From the NCBI GenBank assembly GCA_965213675.1, contig OZ243916.1:3872001-3936000 (forward strand): a stretch of DNA of 64,000 bases. Direction: 5' to 3'. The position numbers and the translations under genes were made by a program. The notes below the pieces were generated by a model. The model ran no database searches and was not told where the DNA came from. It saw only the letters and a list, made by a program, of their open reading frames with translations. Within the stretch, counting starts at the first letter, position 1, and the number at the start of each line of letters is the position of its first letter. Positions 10,590-22,829 of the stretch are shown here, piece after piece. The DNA is from an uncultured Candidatus Binatia bacterium. Lineage in GTDB: Bacteria; Desulfobacterota; Binatia; UBA9968; JAJDTQ01.

Positions 10590-11744
10590 ATGGATTTTGA
10601 ACTGCCCGAGGAACTGCAACTACTTCAGGAAACCGTCCGGAAGTTCGTCGACCAGGAACTCATCCCGGTGGAAATGGAGTGCCGGGACGGGGTGAAGCTC
10701 AAGCCTGAGTACCGCGAGCGCTTTGAGGCCAAGACCCGCGAGATGGGGCTGTGGATGCTGGACGTGCCCGAGGAATTCGGCGGCGCGGGGTTGAGCTTGA
10801 TGGGCCAGGTCATCGTGTGGGCCGAGGTGGCGCGCTCGGTGGCGCTGCCGTCCCGCGGCCATAGCATCTTCGGACCCGAGGTGCGACCGGTGCTCTACGC
10901 CATGAACGAAGAGCAGAAGGAACGCTACCTCTACCCGCTGCTGCGCGAGGAAAAGCGCGCCTGCTTCGCCCAGACCGAACCCGACGCCGGCTCGGACCCC
11001 GGCTCCATGCGCACCCGCGCCGTGCGCGACGGCGACGAATACGTAATCAATGGTGTCAAGCGCTTCATCAGCGATGCGGACGAGGCCGACTTCGCCCAGG
11101 TCATGGTGGCCACCGACCTCAGCAAGGGCTCCCACGGCGGCATCTCGTGCATCCTGGTGGACATGGACAACCCGGGCGTGCAGATCACCGCCAAGTACAA
11201 GACCATGATGGGCTATGAGCCGTGCGAGATCGTGTTCGACAACTGCCGCGTGCCCGCGGCGAACATGATCGGCGCCGAAGGCGAGGGTTTCAAGCTCGGA
11301 CAGAAGTGGCTCGGCATCGGCCGCCTGAAGCACGGCGGCCGCGCCATCGGCGTGGCCCGGCGCGCCATCGAGATGGGCGCCCGCTACGCCAAGCAGCGGG
11401 TGACCTTCGGCAAGCCGTTGGCCGACCGGCAGGCCATCCAGTTCAAGCTGGCGGACTCCTACACCGAACTCCACGCCGCCACTCTGATGGTCTATCACGC
11501 CGCCTGGAAGTACGACCAAGGGCAGGACATGCGCAACGAAGGCTACATGGTCAAGGTCTTCGCCGACGAGATGTCGTTCCGGGTGGTGGACCGCGTGCTG
11601 CAGATCCACGGCGGCGTCGGCCTCACCACGGACCTGCCCATCGAGTACTGGTTCCGCGATCAGCGCAGCCGGCTCATCACCGAAGGCGCCTCCGAGGTCA
11701 TGCGCATGGTCATCGCCCGGCACGTGCTGCGGCAGTTCGACTGA
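10590..11744 (+). CDS. Acyl-CoA dehydrogenase
   Basis: CFAQTEPDAGSD, INGVKRFIS, QIHGGVG and ITEGASE motifs. Confidence 0.92.
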   Translation: MDFELPEELQLLQETVRKFVDQELIPVEMECRDGVKLKPEYRERFEAKTREMGLWMLDVPEEFGGAGLSLMGQVIVWAEVARSVALPSRGHSIFGPEVRPVLYAMNEEQKERYLYPLLREEKRACFAQTEPDAGSDPGSMRTRAVRDGDEYVINGVKRFISDADEADFAQVMVATDLSKGSHGGISCILVDMDNPGVQITAKYKTMMGYEPCEIVFDNCRVPAANMIGAEGEGFKLGQKWLGIGRLKHGGRAIGVARRAIEMGARYAKQRVTFGKPLADRQAIQFKLADSYTELHAATLMVYHAAWKYDQGQDMRNEGYMVKVFADEMSFRVVDRVLQIHGGVGLTTDLPIEYWFRDQRSRLITEGASEVMRMVIARHVLRQFD

Positions 11745-11810
11745 CGCGCTCGCGGATTTGGCGGCTTCAGCGCCCCGTGCTATAAACGTTGGATTCCAGC
11801 GAGGTTGACG

Positions 11811-12014
11811 ATGAAACCGGAAATTCACCCCGAGTACAAGCCCGTGAACGTCGTGTGCGCGTGCGGCCACTCCTTTGATGTGCGCTCCACCGCCAAGGCG
11901 ATCCATACCGAGATCTGTGCCAACTGCCACCCCTTCTACACCGGCAAGCAGAAGCTGCTCGATACCGCCGGCCGGGTCGAAAAGTTCAAGAGGAGATACG
12001 GTATCAAGGACTGA
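11811..12014 (+). CDS. rpmE: 50S ribosomal protein L31 (Zn-binding type)
   Basis: [25 protein letters not shown]. Confidence 0.97.
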   Translation: MKPEIHPEYKPVNVVCACGHSFDVRSTAKAIHTEICANCHPFYTGKQKLLDTAGRVEKFKRRYGIKD

Positions 12015-12039
12015 CAGGACGTTCTTACCGGCTCTGACG

Positions 12040-12088
12040 GCAAAAGGGGCAAAGGGTGGCGCGAATTCCCTTTGCCCCTTTGCTTTTC
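12040..12088 (+). terminator. Hairpin/intrinsic terminator after rpmE
   Basis: AAAGGGGCAAAGGG...CCCTTTGCCCCTTT inverted repeat followed by a short T run. Confidence 0.6.
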
Positions 12089-12109
12089 GCGTAAGGCAAG
12101 ACTGTGGGC

Positions 12110-13174
<1,065 letters not shown>

Positions 13175-13178
13175 TGGG

Positions 13179-14132
13179 ATGGACGGACACGACGCCGGAC
13201 GGCTCCATGCGTTTCATCCTCGCGCGAATGAAGTGGACACTGCCGCGGGCGTGATCCGCCGGTCCGCCGCCAGGCTTGCGGCGGCAGGCTGCGCCACACC
13301 CAGGCTCGACGCGGAGTTGCTACTGATGGAAGCGCTCGGGTGGTCGCGGGAGGATCTCTGCCGGAGTCCCGAGGCGCCGCTGGATGCATCCTCGCTGAGT
13401 TGCCTTGCGGCGCTCGTGGCCCGGCGGACATGCGGCGAACCGGTGGCGTACCTCACCGGTGTGCAGGAGTTCTGGTCGCTGGACTTCGCGGTGACGCCGG
13501 ACGTGCTCATCCCGCGGCCCGAGACCGAGCACTTGGTGGAAACCGTGGCGGAGTTCCTGGCGTCACGTCCGGGACCGCAACGTTTGCTGGACCTGGGGAC
13601 CGGCAGCGGCGCCATCGCGGTGAGCGTAGCCAGGGAATGCCCACGGGTCGAGGTGTGGGCCACGGACGTTTCCCATGAGGCGTTGGAGGTGGCGCGGGCA
13701 AACGCATGCCGGCACGGGGTGGATCACCGGATGCGCTGGCTTCAGGGGGATCTGTTCGGCGCGCTGGGAGGTTCGGCGACATCCTTTGACGCGCTGGTGT
13801 CCAATCCGCCCTATATCCCGGGGCCGGACATGGCGCGGCTGCCCCGGGATGTGCGCGATTGGGAGCCGGCTTTGGCGCTGGACGGCGGCACGGACGGGAT
13901 GGTGTTCTACCGGCGCATCGTTGCGGAAGGAATTCCGCACCTGCGGGAAGGCGGGCTCTTGGCCGTGGAGACCGGCGCCGATCTGGGCGACCGGGTTCCA
14001 GAACTGTTTCACGCTCACCGCGGGCTTGACCAGGTTCGGGTGTTGCCGGATCATGCCGGCCTGCCCCGAGTGGTCACCGCGGAGCGGACACCACACAAGG
14101 AGTCCGCGCTGCAGGAGATGGCAGCCTTGTAG
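13179..14132 (+). CDS. prmC: Release factor glutamine methyltransferase
   Basis: VLIPRPETE, DLGTGSG and SNPPY motifs. Follows prfA. Start codon uncertain. Confidence 0.92.
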   Translation: MDGHDAGRLHAFHPRANEVDTAAGVIRRSAARLAAAGCATPRLDAELLLMEALGWSREDLCRSPEAPLDASSLSCLAALVARRTCGEPVAYLTGVQEFWSLDFAVTPDVLIPRPETEHLVETVAEFLASRPGPQRLLDLGTGSGAIAVSVARECPRVEVWATDVSHEALEVARANACRHGVDHRMRWLQGDLFGALGGSATSFDALVSNPPYIPGPDMARLPRDVRDWEPALALDGGTDGMVFYRRIVAEGIPHLREGGLLAVETGADLGDRVPELFHAHRGLDQVRVLPDHAGLPRVVTAERTPHKESALQEMAAL

Positions 14133-14159
14133 GGAGCCCTCGACTGGCGCTTCGCAAAG

Positions 14160-14305
14160 CCTGTCCGGAGCCCTTTGACGCGCTCGGGACAGGCCTGTCG
14201 AACGGCTCAGGACGAACGGTAGGGGTTTCGGCGAAATCGTAGACTTGACGCCCTTGGTCCTGGGCGTCGCGGCGCAAGCTCCTGGCGCTGCGAAGTCGAA
14301 GGGCG
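14160..14305. repeat. Cluster of REP-like (CTTCGAC..GCTCAG type) repeats and a MITE-B end fragment
   Basis: GTCGAACGGCTCAGGACGAACGG, GCGAAGTCGAAGG and GGCGCAAGCTCCTGG. Related motifs occur at ~17029-17085 and ~60381-60437. Confidence 0.5.
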
Positions 14306-14364
14306 TCCGTTCTACGGCGCAGCCTCCCAAGGCTGAAGTCTCTGGCTAGTGCCATGCAGGCAGG

Positions 14365-15642
14365 TTGAAGGACGTGGAAAGCATCATCATCCATGGCGGC
14401 GCGGTGCTGGAGGGCTCGGTGACCCTCGGTGGGTCCAAGAACGCGGCCCTGCCGGTGATCGTCTCGTCGCTGCTTTCCGCGGGCAAGTGCTCCTACAGCC
14501 GGGTGCCCGCCTTGCGCGACGTGAATACGACCCTGCGCCTGTTGTCGCGCCTGGGTGTGACCATCGAGAAGGACGTGCTCGCGGACGGGCATCTGGAGCT
14601 TACCGCGGACAAGATTCACGAGTTGGAAGCGCCCTACGACCTGGTCAAGACCATGCGGGCGTCCTTCTTGGTGTTGGGGCCGCTGCTGGCGCGGTTCGGC
14701 GAGGCGCGGGTCTCCACACCCGGCGGCTGCGCCATCGGTTCGCGGCCGGTGGACCTGCACCTTCGGGGGTTGGAGCGCATGGGCGCGTGCATCCGTCAGG
14801 ATCACGGCTATATCGAGGCGCGCGCGCGTGGACTCAAGGGCGCCGTCATCGATCTTGCGTTCCCCTCGGTGGGCGCTACTGAAAACCTCATGATGGCCGC
14901 CACCCTGGCCCGGGGAGAGACCGAGATCCGCAACGCCGCGCGGGAGCCGGAGATTGTGGAACTGGCCGCGGTGCTCACCGGCATGGGCGCGCGGGTCGGC
15001 GGAGCCGGCACCGGGGTCGTCCAGGTCGAGGGCGTGCCGGAGCTTCACGGGGTGGCGCACGAGATGGGTCCGGACCGCATCGAGGCCGGCACGTTCATGG
15101 TCGGCGCCGCCTTGACCGGAGGCGACGTGCTCATCGAGGACGCCAGAGGCGACGATCTCGAAGCCTTCCTGGCGAAGCTCCGTGAGACCGGCGCACGGGT
15201 CGCTCGCGAGTCCGGCGGCGTCCGGGTCACGGGCAATGGCCGGGTGCGCGGCGCGGACGTGGCCACGCAGCCCTATCCGGGCTTCCCCACGGATCTGCAA
15301 GCGCAAATGATGGTGCTGATGGCGGTGGCGGACGGCCCCAGCGTCATCACCGAGAACATTTTCGAGAACCGGTTCATGCACGTCCAGGAGTTGAACCGCA
15401 TGGGTGCGCGCATCGCCCTCGACGGCAACCGCGCGGCGGTGCAGGGCGTGCCCGAGCTTTCCGGCGCTCCGGTGATGGCCACGGACTTGCGCGCGAGCGT
15501 GTCGCTGGTGCTGGCCGGCTTGGTGGCGCGGGGCGTGACCGAGGTGGCGCGGGTGTACCACCTGGACCGGGGCTACGAGGACATCGAGGGCAAGCTCGCC
15601 CGCCTCGGCGCGGACATACGAAGGGTGGAGCGTGACGATTGA
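14365..15642 (+). CDS. murA: UDP-N-acetylglucosamine 1-carboxyvinyltransferase
   Basis: [22 protein letters not shown] and YHLDRGYE motifs. Confidence 0.97.
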   Translation: MKDVESIIIHGGAVLEGSVTLGGSKNAALPVIVSSLLSAGKCSYSRVPALRDVNTTLRLLSRLGVTIEKDVLADGHLELTADKIHELEAPYDLVKTMRASFLVLGPLLARFGEARVSTPGGCAIGSRPVDLHLRGLERMGACIRQDHGYIEARARGLKGAVIDLAFPSVGATENLMMAATLARGETEIRNAAREPEIVELAAVLTGMGARVGGAGTGVVQVEGVPELHGVAHEMGPDRIEAGTFMVGAALTGGDVLIEDARGDDLEAFLAKLRETGARVARESGGVRVTGNGRVRGADVATQPYPGFPTDLQAQMMVLMAVADGPSVITENIFENRFMHVQELNRMGARIALDGNRAAVQGVPELSGAPVMATDLRASVSLVLAGLVARGVTEVARVYHLDRGYEDIEGKLARLGADIRRVERDD

Positions 15643-16924
15643 CATCGTGAAGACCACGGAGGCCGCGTTCGAGAAGAAGCTCGCCCGGATCCTGGGGCGG
15701 CGCGGCGAGATCGAGAAGGAGGTCGAAGCGCGCGTGGCCGAGATCATCGACAACGTCCGGCGGCGCGGGGACAGGGCGTTGGTGCGCTACGCCAAGGACT
15801 TCGACGGGGTCACGTTGAAGCCATCCCAGCTCGAAGTGTCGGCCCGCGAGATGGACCGGGCCTGTGAAGCGGTTTCCAGGGAGGACCTGCGCGCGTTGCG
15901 TCTGGCGGCCAAGCGCATCCGGCGCTTTCACCGGCGCCAGTTGGAGAAGAGCTGGAAATACCGCGACTCCTTGGGACTGGAGCTGGGCCAGCGCATTCGC
16001 CCGCTGAAAAGCGCCGGCGCCTACGTGCCCGGCGGCAAGGCCGCCTACCCGTCCACCGTGCTGATGACCGTGATCCCGGCGATGGCCGCGGGCGTCACCG
16101 AGGTGGCCGTTGCCACGCCGGTGCGGGAAGAAGCCGCGCTCGTGCTCGCCGCCGCGCGCGTGGCCGGCGCCCACCGGGTCTTTCGCGTGGGCGGGGCCCA
16201 AGCCGTGGCCGCCCTGGCCTACGGCACCGAGACCGTCCCGCGGGTGGACAAGATCGTCGGTCCCGGCAACGTCTACGTCGCCGCCGCCAAGCGGCTTGTC
16301 TTCGGTCAGGTGGACATCGACTCCATCGCCGGCCCCAGCGAGGTGCTGCTGCTGGTGGACGGGTCCGCAGACCCACGCTACGTGGCTGCGGACATGCTTT
16401 CCCAGGCGGAGCACGATGAGTTGGCGGCCGCGGTGTGCGTCACCCCCTCCATGGCCATGGCGCGAAAGGTGCAGGCGGCCATCACCGCGCAGCTCAAGAC
16501 CACCCGGCGCCAGGCCATCACTCTCGGGGCGCTACGCCGCTTTGGCGCCATCCTGGTGTCGCGTTCGATGAAGGAAGCGGTGGAGATTACCAACGCCATC
16601 GCCCCCGAGCACGTTCAGATCATGGTGCGGGAGCCGGATGCGTGCGTGGACGCGGTGCGCAACGCCGGCGCCATCTTCGTCGGCGCCTATGCCACCCCGG
16701 CGCTGAGCGACTACGTGGCCGGACCCAACCACGTGCTGCCCACGGGCGGGAGCGCGCGTTTCTTCTCGCCCTTGGGCGCCTACGATTTCCTCAAGCGCAC
16801 CAGCATCGTGCGCGCCGAGGCCCGGGGCCTGGAGGCGCTGGCGCCGGCGGTGATCCATCTCGCGCGCCGGGAAGGGTTGGACGAGCACGCCCGGGCGGTG
16901 GAGGCGCGGCTGCCGGGGAGGTGA
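15632..16924 (+). CDS. hisD: Histidinol dehydrogenase
   Basis: [26 protein letters not shown] and GPNHVLPT motifs. Confidence 0.97.
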   Translation: MTIDIVKTTEAAFEKKLARILGRRGEIEKEVEARVAEIIDNVRRRGDRALVRYAKDFDGVTLKPSQLEVSAREMDRACEAVSREDLRALRLAAKRIRRFHRRQLEKSWKYRDSLGLELGQRIRPLKSAGAYVPGGKAAYPSTVLMTVIPAMAAGVTEVAVATPVREEAALVLAAARVAGAHRVFRVGGAQAVAALAYGTETVPRVDKIVGPGNVYVAAAKRLVFGQVDIDSIAGPSEVLLLVDGSADPRYVAADMLSQAEHDELAAAVCVTPSMAMARKVQAAITAQLKTTRRQAITLGALRRFGAILVSRSMKEAVEITNAIAPEHVQIMVREPDACVDAVRNAGAIFVGAYATPALSDYVAGPNHVLPTGGSARFFSPLGAYDFLKRTSIVRAEARGLEALAPAVIHLARREGLDEHARAVEARLPGR

Positions 16925-17101
16925 CGCGATGGATCGGCGTCGTTTGGGAACGGCGTCCTCCAACTTCACTCCCCTACGCGCAGGAGGAACGGGGCGGATA
17001 CGTCGCGAACGGTCCGGTGACGCCGTTTGTCCTGAGCCCTTCGACAGGCTCAGGGCGGGCGCCAGCGGAGCGAAGTCGAAGGACGTCATTTCTAACGACC
17101 C

Positions 17102-17268
17102 CTGGGAGCCTGCGCCGCAAGGACTCGCGAACGCGAAAATTCGCTATCGCCGTCCCTTCGGCCGGTCGATTGAGGAGAATATCAGGTCATATTTGACGAG
17201 ATCGAGCGGCTGAAGGGACGGATGAGAGCGAATTTGCAGCCGTGAATTCCTGCGGCGCAAGCTCCCAG
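17102..17268. mobile_element. MITE family B, copy 1
   Basis: GAGCCTGCGCCGCA...TGCGGCGCAAGCTC ends flanked by CTGG/CCAG. Inverted copies at 22591-22757 and 50853-50973 (truncated). Confidence 0.85.
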
Positions 17269-17302
17269 GTTGCATTCGGCATGTGCAGTTCAGGAGACAT
17301 CC

Positions 17303-17890
17303 ATGGGACGAACGGCTACCATTCAACGCAAGACCAGGGAAACGGACATCACCGCCACCCTGGACATCGACGGCACGGGGCAGGCGCGGGTGGAGACCGG
17401 CATTCCGTTCTTCGACCACATGCTGGAGATCTTCACGCGCCACGGGCTGTTCGACGTGGCGGTGAAGGCGGTGGGGGACCTTGAGGTGGACTACCACCAC
17501 ACCGTGGAGGACGTGGGACTGACCCTGGGGCAGGCGTTCAAGGACGCCTTGGGGGACAAGCACGGCATCCGCCGGTTCGGCGAAGCCACTGTGCCGCTGG
17601 ACGAGGCCCTCGCCCGGGTGGTGGTGGACCTGAGCGGCCGGCCCTACCTGGCTTACCGGGTCAAGATTCGCGGCGGCCGGGTGGGCACTTTCGACACCGA
17701 TCTGCCGCACGAGTTCTACCAGGCCTTCGTCAACCAGCTCGGCATGAATCTGCACATGGACGTGCAGCACGGCGACAACCCGCACCACGTCATCGAGGCC
17801 TGTTTCAAGGGATTCGCCCGGGCCATGGACCGGGCCACGGGGCTCGACGAGCGGATCGAGGGGGTGCTGTCCACGAAGGGGAGCCTGTAG
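17303..17890 (+). CDS. hisB: Imidazoleglycerol-phosphate dehydratase
   Basis: [18 protein letters not shown] and NPHHVIEA motifs. Confidence 0.97.
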   Translation: MGRTATIQRKTRETDITATLDIDGTGQARVETGIPFFDHMLEIFTRHGLFDVAVKAVGDLEVDYHHTVEDVGLTLGQAFKDALGDKHGIRRFGEATVPLDEALARVVVDLSGRPYLAYRVKIRGGRVGTFDTDLPHEFYQAFVNQLGMNLHMDVQHGDNPHHVIEACFKGFARAMDRATGLDERIEGVLSTKGSL

Positions 17891-17911
17891 GAATCTACCC
17901 TGCGACGTAAG

Positions 17912-18057
17912 CGTCATTCCCGCGAAAGCTTGCCCTCGACCCCGATCGGGGGCGGGAATACGGTGGGGTGAGGCGGGAACATGCCCACGCGGCCCCAGCC
18001 TACCCCTGGATTCCCGCCCCCGATCGGGGTCGAGGGCAAGCTTTCGCGGGAATGACG
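17912..18057. repeat. Inverted pair of GTCATTCCCGCG-type REP elements (perfect 48-bp arms)
   Basis: 17912-17959 is the exact reverse complement of 18010-18057. Short relatives at 18167-18193 and ~10516-10553. Confidence 0.85.
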
Positions 18058-18323
18058 TATTCGTAACGTCGTCGCCTGGAGAGTCTCGATGCAGTCTGCT
18101 GCGTGGGGATCTTCCATTTCGGCTTGGAGCCGGCACAGGAGGGGATGAGAACAGGCCCCACGGATGCGTCATTCCCGCGAACGCGGGAATCCAGGGGTGG
18201 TCGAGTGGGGGAACGATGACTGGGGGTGCAGGTTTGTAACCCCTTGAATGAGCAGGTCAATATTTCATTGTGAATGACTGGGGATGACCATTCCGAGGCG
18301 CTTGACTCATTGGAGGATTTGCA

Positions 18324-18950
18324 GTGATCGCGGTGGTTGACTACGGCATGGGCAATCTGCGGAGCGTGCAAAAGGGCCTGGAGCGTGTGGGCTTCGAGGC
18401 CGAGGTCACCCGTGACCCCGGACGCATCGGCGATGCCCGGGGCGTGGTGCTCCCCGGGGTGGGCGCGTTCCACTCTTGCATGGAGAACCTCCAGCGCTTC
18501 GGACTCGTCAACGTCATCCAGGACGTAGTGCGGCGGAAGCGGCCGTTCCTCGGAATTTGCCTGGGGTTGCAGCTTCTGTTCGACGACAGCGAGGAGTTCG
18601 GCTCGCCGGACGGCCTGAGGCTTGTGCCGGGCAAGGTGCTCGGCTTCGTCGCCGGAGACGATATCAAGGTGCCGCACATGGGCTGGAACGCTATCGAGAT
18701 CCGCAAGTCCACGCGCTTTCTGGAGGGCATTGACAGCGGCGCGCAGGTGTACTTCGTGCACTCGTTCTACGCCGCGCCCGCGGATGAGTCCATGGTGGCC
18801 ACCGTGACTTCCCACGGCACGCCATTCGTGTCGAGCATCGCCACCGACCACCTCTTCGCCTGCCAGTTCCATCCCGAGAAGAGTCAGGCCATCGGCCTGC
18901 GCATCCTGGAGAACTTCGCGCGCTTCGCGGATGGCAGAGTCGTTTCGTGA
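18324..18950 (+). CDS. hisH: Imidazole glycerol phosphate synthase, glutaminase subunit
   Basis: DYGMGNLRSV, LGICLG, VPHMGWN and QFHPEKS motifs. Confidence 0.97.
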   Translation: MIAVVDYGMGNLRSVQKGLERVGFEAEVTRDPGRIGDARGVVLPGVGAFHSCMENLQRFGLVNVIQDVVRRKRPFLGICLGLQLLFDDSEEFGSPDGLRLVPGKVLGFVAGDDIKVPHMGWNAIEIRKSTRFLEGIDSGAQVYFVHSFYAAPADESMVATVTSHGTPFVSSIATDHLFACQFHPEKSQAIGLRILENFARFADGRVVS

Positions 18951-19095
18951 CCCCGGTTGGCTCAGTCGGTCGGGCCGTTGACGCGGGCAAGCGCGTCTCC
19001 GCCGGGCCGTACCGCGCGGTGCATCGGCCCCAGCCCTCTGCCGCCGGGGTAGCATCTGGGGACGTGTGCGCGCGGTCAAGGAGACGTGGACAGGC

Positions 19096-19836
19096 ATGCT
19101 GATCATTCCCGCCATCGACATCAAGGACGGCCGCTGCGTGCGTCTGTACCAGGGCGACATGGACCAGGAGACCGTTTACTACTCGCAACCGCTGGACGCC
19201 GCCCGTCGCCTTGTGGACGAGGGCGCCCGCCTGATTCACGTGGTGGACTTGAACGGCGCGGTGGAGGGACGTCCGGTGCACCTGCCCGAGTTGGCCGCCA
19301 TCTGCGCAGAACCCGGCGTGGTGGCCGTGGAGGTGGGCGGCGGGCTGCGCACTCTGGATGCGGTGGAACAGGCCATGGCCGCGGGCGTGGAGCGTGTGGT
19401 CATCGGCACCCAGGCGTACGAGGATCAGTATTTCCTGCGGTCAGCCTGCGGGCGTTTCCCCGGCCGGGTGGTGGTGGGTATCGATGCCCGTAACGGAAAG
19501 GTGGCGGTTCGGGGCTGGCGCGACGACACCGCGATGGACGCGGTGGAGCTGGCGCGCCGCTGCGAGCAGGACGGCGCCGCGCGCATCATTTACACCGACA
19601 TCAGCCGCGACGGCACGGGCGCGGGCGTGAACGCGGAGCAGACCGCGCAGGTGGCTCGGTCCGTTGGCATCCCGGTCATCGCCTCCGGCGGCGTCGGCTC
19701 GCTGGACGACATCCGCGCGCTGGCGGGGTTCGCCGGTGACGGCATCGAGGGGGTTATCGTGGGCCGGGCGCTCTACAACGGCGCCTTTTCGCTCGGTGAC
19801 GCCATGGCGGCGGCTGGAGGCAACGATGCTCACTAA
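19096..19836 (+). CDS. hisA: ProFAR isomerase
   Basis: [18 protein letters not shown] and YTDISRDG motifs. Confidence 0.96.
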   Translation: MLIIPAIDIKDGRCVRLYQGDMDQETVYYSQPLDAARRLVDEGARLIHVVDLNGAVEGRPVHLPELAAICAEPGVVAVEVGGGLRTLDAVEQAMAAGVERVVIGTQAYEDQYFLRSACGRFPGRVVVGIDARNGKVAVRGWRDDTAMDAVELARRCEQDGAARIIYTDISRDGTGAGVNAEQTAQVARSVGIPVIASGGVGSLDDIRALAGFAGDGIEGVIVGRALYNGAFSLGDAMAAAGGNDAH

Positions 19837-20590
19837 ACGTATCATCCCCTGTCTCGACGTGGATGCCGGCCGGGTGGTCAAGGGAATACGGTTCGTGGAG
19901 ATTCGCGACGCCGGGGATCCCGTGGAGGTGGCCCGGGCCTATGACGCGGCCGGCGCCGACGAACTCTGCTTCCTGGACATCACCGCGTCCCACGAGCAGC
20001 GCGGCATCATCCTGGACGTGGTGGCGCGCACCGCGGACGAAATCTTCATGCCCCTCACGGTGGGCGGCGGCATCCGTGAGAACGCCGACATCCGGCGGCT
20101 GCTCCAGGCCGGCGCCGATAAGGTCTCCATCAACACCGCGGCGGTTTCCCGCCCCGAATTTGTACGCGAAGCCGCCGAAACCTTCGGCAGCCAGTGCATC
20201 GTCGTGGCCATCGACGCCAAGCAGGTGGACGACCACTGGGAAGTCTTCACCCACGGCGGCCGCAATGCCACGGGCATCGACGCCTGCGCCTGGGCCGAGC
20301 GCATGGCCCAATACGGCGCCGGCGAAATTCTCCTCACCAGCATGGACCGCGACGGCACCAAGGACGGCTACGACCTGCCCCTGACCCGCGCCATCGCCGA
20401 CCGCGTCACGATACCCGTCATCGCCTCCGGTGGGGTGGGCTCACCCGAACACCTCTACGACGGTTTCAACCAAGGCCACGCCAGCGCCGCCCTGGCCGCC
20501 TCCATCTTCCACTACGGCGAGTACAGCATCGGCGAGTGCAAGCGCTATCTCGAGGAGCGGGGAATTCCGGTGCGGCCGGTGCAGGGCTGA
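19826..20590 (+). CDS. hisF: Imidazole glycerol phosphate synthase, cyclase subunit
   Basis: [12 protein letters not shown] and [15 protein letters not shown] motifs. Confidence 0.97.
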   Translation: MLTKRIIPCLDVDAGRVVKGIRFVEIRDAGDPVEVARAYDAAGADELCFLDITASHEQRGIILDVVARTADEIFMPLTVGGGIRENADIRRLLQAGADKVSINTAAVSRPEFVREAAETFGSQCIVVAIDAKQVDDHWEVFTHGGRNATGIDACAWAERMAQYGAGEILLTSMDRDGTKDGYDLPLTRAIADRVTIPVIASGGVGSPEHLYDGFNQGHASAALAASIFHYGEYSIGECKRYLEERGIPVRPVQG

Positions 20591-20996
20591 ACGGTACCCC
20601 CGCTCCGTCACCTCGGGCTTGACCCCGGGGCCAGGCGGGGAGAGGGGGGCGCCTGGAGCAGACATGCCACGATCCCGCTCCTCGACCCCGGATCAAAGCT
20701 GGAGCATCTTGGCCACGACGTCCTTAATAGACTGTAATAATTATAGAAAATTCCCTTCTTCCGACGAACTGAAAGCGATAATCCCGTTTCAGTCATCAAA
20801 TCGAATGCATATTTTCTCAATATTGGGGCGTGATTCGGCAGTGTATGGCTACCGATTGGCATTTTCGAGCTTGGAGACCAATTCGAAGCCGCCATCCGGT
20901 GGCAACGGTGAGGTCGGACGGGATCGGGACGTTTGTGTTGGCGAGTAGGCCGCTGTAGGCCAATGCCTAGCTGCGATAGCAAGGAATTCCGCGGAG

Positions 20997-21291
20997 GTGA
21001 TGGTGACGGTCCTGCACGAAATCGTCGACTGGTCCGAGGACCGGTACCCCTGGCAGCGCGATGCGCTGCGGCGCCTTGCTGTCAGCGGCAGGCTATCGGA
21101 TGAAGACGTCCAGGAGCTCGCGGAGACCTGCAAGGCCGGGCATGGCCTCGCCGAGCCGCAGAACGTCGTTCCGCTTGCGCGGGAGCATGTTCCCGCCCAG
21201 GCAGGAACGGACACCCCGGTTTCGCTTGATTCCATATTCCATCAGCGGGGGGTGAACGCCCTTGCGGAGAACCAAACCCTCGGCTTCTCTC
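20997..21291 (+). pseudogene. N-terminal fragment of a large AAA/ABC-type ATPase, truncated at the IS5 insertion
   Basis: VLHEIVDWS...WQRDALRRL...GVNALAENQTLGFS resembles the N-termini of island-borne AAA ATPases. It stops before any Walker A motif, exactly at the IS end. GGAGG RBS present. Confidence 0.6.
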
Positions 21292-21295
21292 CTAG

Positions 21296-22590
21296 CAGGC
21301 CGTGGAAAAACGCCTAGATTTGAGCGTTTGTGAGTGATTCGATGGAAAATCCGGCTTCAGGGCATCGAGATAGACTTGTTTCACCGGCCATTTCAGGCCA
21401 GCGGGCGCGGCGCAGACGCCCGGAGGCCATGGACGCATGCTCAACGTCCGACTCCCAGGGTACGCAGTCGCACCAGGTTGTAGACGGCGAAGGTGAGGGT
21501 GAACTGGAAGTCGACCTTGGGCAGGCCCCGGTGCTTGAGTTTGCGCATGCCTCCGATGGTCTTGGCCCAGCCGATGCCTTCCTCGATCCGTTTGCGGATG
21601 CGCTGGCTCACCGCGTAACCACGGTGACGGGTGGTGCGCCGGTCAATGGCGGAACGCTGGCGGGTGTCGTTCTGGGCCACATGCGGACTGACGTTGGCGC
21701 AGCGCAGTCCCTCCACAAAGTCTTTTGTATCGTATCCCTTGTCCGCCCCGAGGGTGAGCCGATCGGTGCCGGGACGCGCCGCAATCATCGCCAAGCCCGC
21801 CTCGCGCTCAGCCCGGCCGCCGGCTTCGGTGGTACGGGTATCGACGATCAGTCCATGGCGGTTATCCATCAACGCATGGCCCAGGTAGCGCAGCTTCGCT
21901 TCCTGTCCCTGGCCCTTGCGGTACAGCCGTGCCTGCGGATCGGTGCTCGACTGGTGGGTCGCATTGCTGCGCTTCTCGCCGTGGAAGTCCGCCTCCGCAT
22001 TGCGTCCGCCGCCACCAAGCCGTCCGCCTCCGTCTTTCGGCCGGAACGACTTCATCGACGCCCACGCCTCCAGCAACGTCCCGTCCACGCTGAAGTGTTC
22101 ATCCGACAAAAGGCGTCCTTCCCGGGCCTGGCCCAGTATCTGCCCGAAAAAGGCCCGCGCCATGTCCGACCCGATCAACCGCTGTCGGTTCTTGGTGAAC
22201 GTCGAGTGGCCCACACCGGATCGTCCATCGACAGTCCCACAAACCACCGGAACAGCAAGTTGTAGTCCAGTTGCTCCACCAACAACCGTTCGCAACGGAT
22301 CGAGTAAAGCACCTGAAGCAGCAACGCACGCAGCAACTGCTCCGGCGCTATCGAAGGCCGCCCCGTGTGCGAGTACATCTCCTCAAACTCCCGCGTCACT
22401 CCTTCAAGCGCACGGTTCACCATCTTCCGTATCGCTCGCAATGGATGGTCCGCAGGCACCCGCGCCTCCGGCGACACATAGCTGAACATCCCTTCCTGAC
22501 GCGGATCCGTTCCTCTCATCCCTTACTCCCGGTCGATACCAATATGTTATTTACTGTTATCCGCGTCAGGCAGAGTTTTTCAACAACCTG
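21296..22590 (-). mobile_element. IS5-family insertion sequence with frameshifted transposase
   Basis: Imperfect TIRs CAGGCCGTGGAAAAAC / GTTTTTCAACAACCTG, with CTAG/TTAG flanks. Confidence 0.85.
21441..22519 (-). pseudogene. IS5-family DDE transposase split by a 1-nt deletion
   Basis: MRG.D..Q..MFSYVS...GRPSIAPEQLLRA...LLFRWFVGL continues in another frame as HSTFTKNR..SVDGTL..ADKGYD..RKRIEE. The break is at TGG-G(A)C-CAC near 22210. Confidence 0.85.
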
Positions 22591-22757
22591 TTAGGAGGTT
22601 GCGCTGCAGGAATTCACGGCTGCAAATCCGCTCTCATCCGTCCCTTCGGCCGCTCGATTTCATCAAATATGACCTGATATTCTCCTCAATCGACCAGCCA
22701 AAAGGACGGCGATAGCGAATTTTCGCTTTCGCGAATTCCTACGGCGCAAGCTCCTAG
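22591..22757. mobile_element. MITE family B, copy 2
   Basis: Reverse-orientation homologue of 17102-17268 with TTAG/CTAG flanks. Abuts the IS5 end. Confidence 0.85.
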
Positions 22758-22829
22758 ACGACCTGCCGTCGCGATTGCCTCGTACTCTATGGATGACGTG
22801 TGCAGTTGTGCCCGACAGTCAAGGTCACC

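Noticed and set aside
20700-20960. AT-rich stretch at the left end of the first island, possibly a gene remnant
   Set aside because: No frame gives a product I can recognise, so it is not called.
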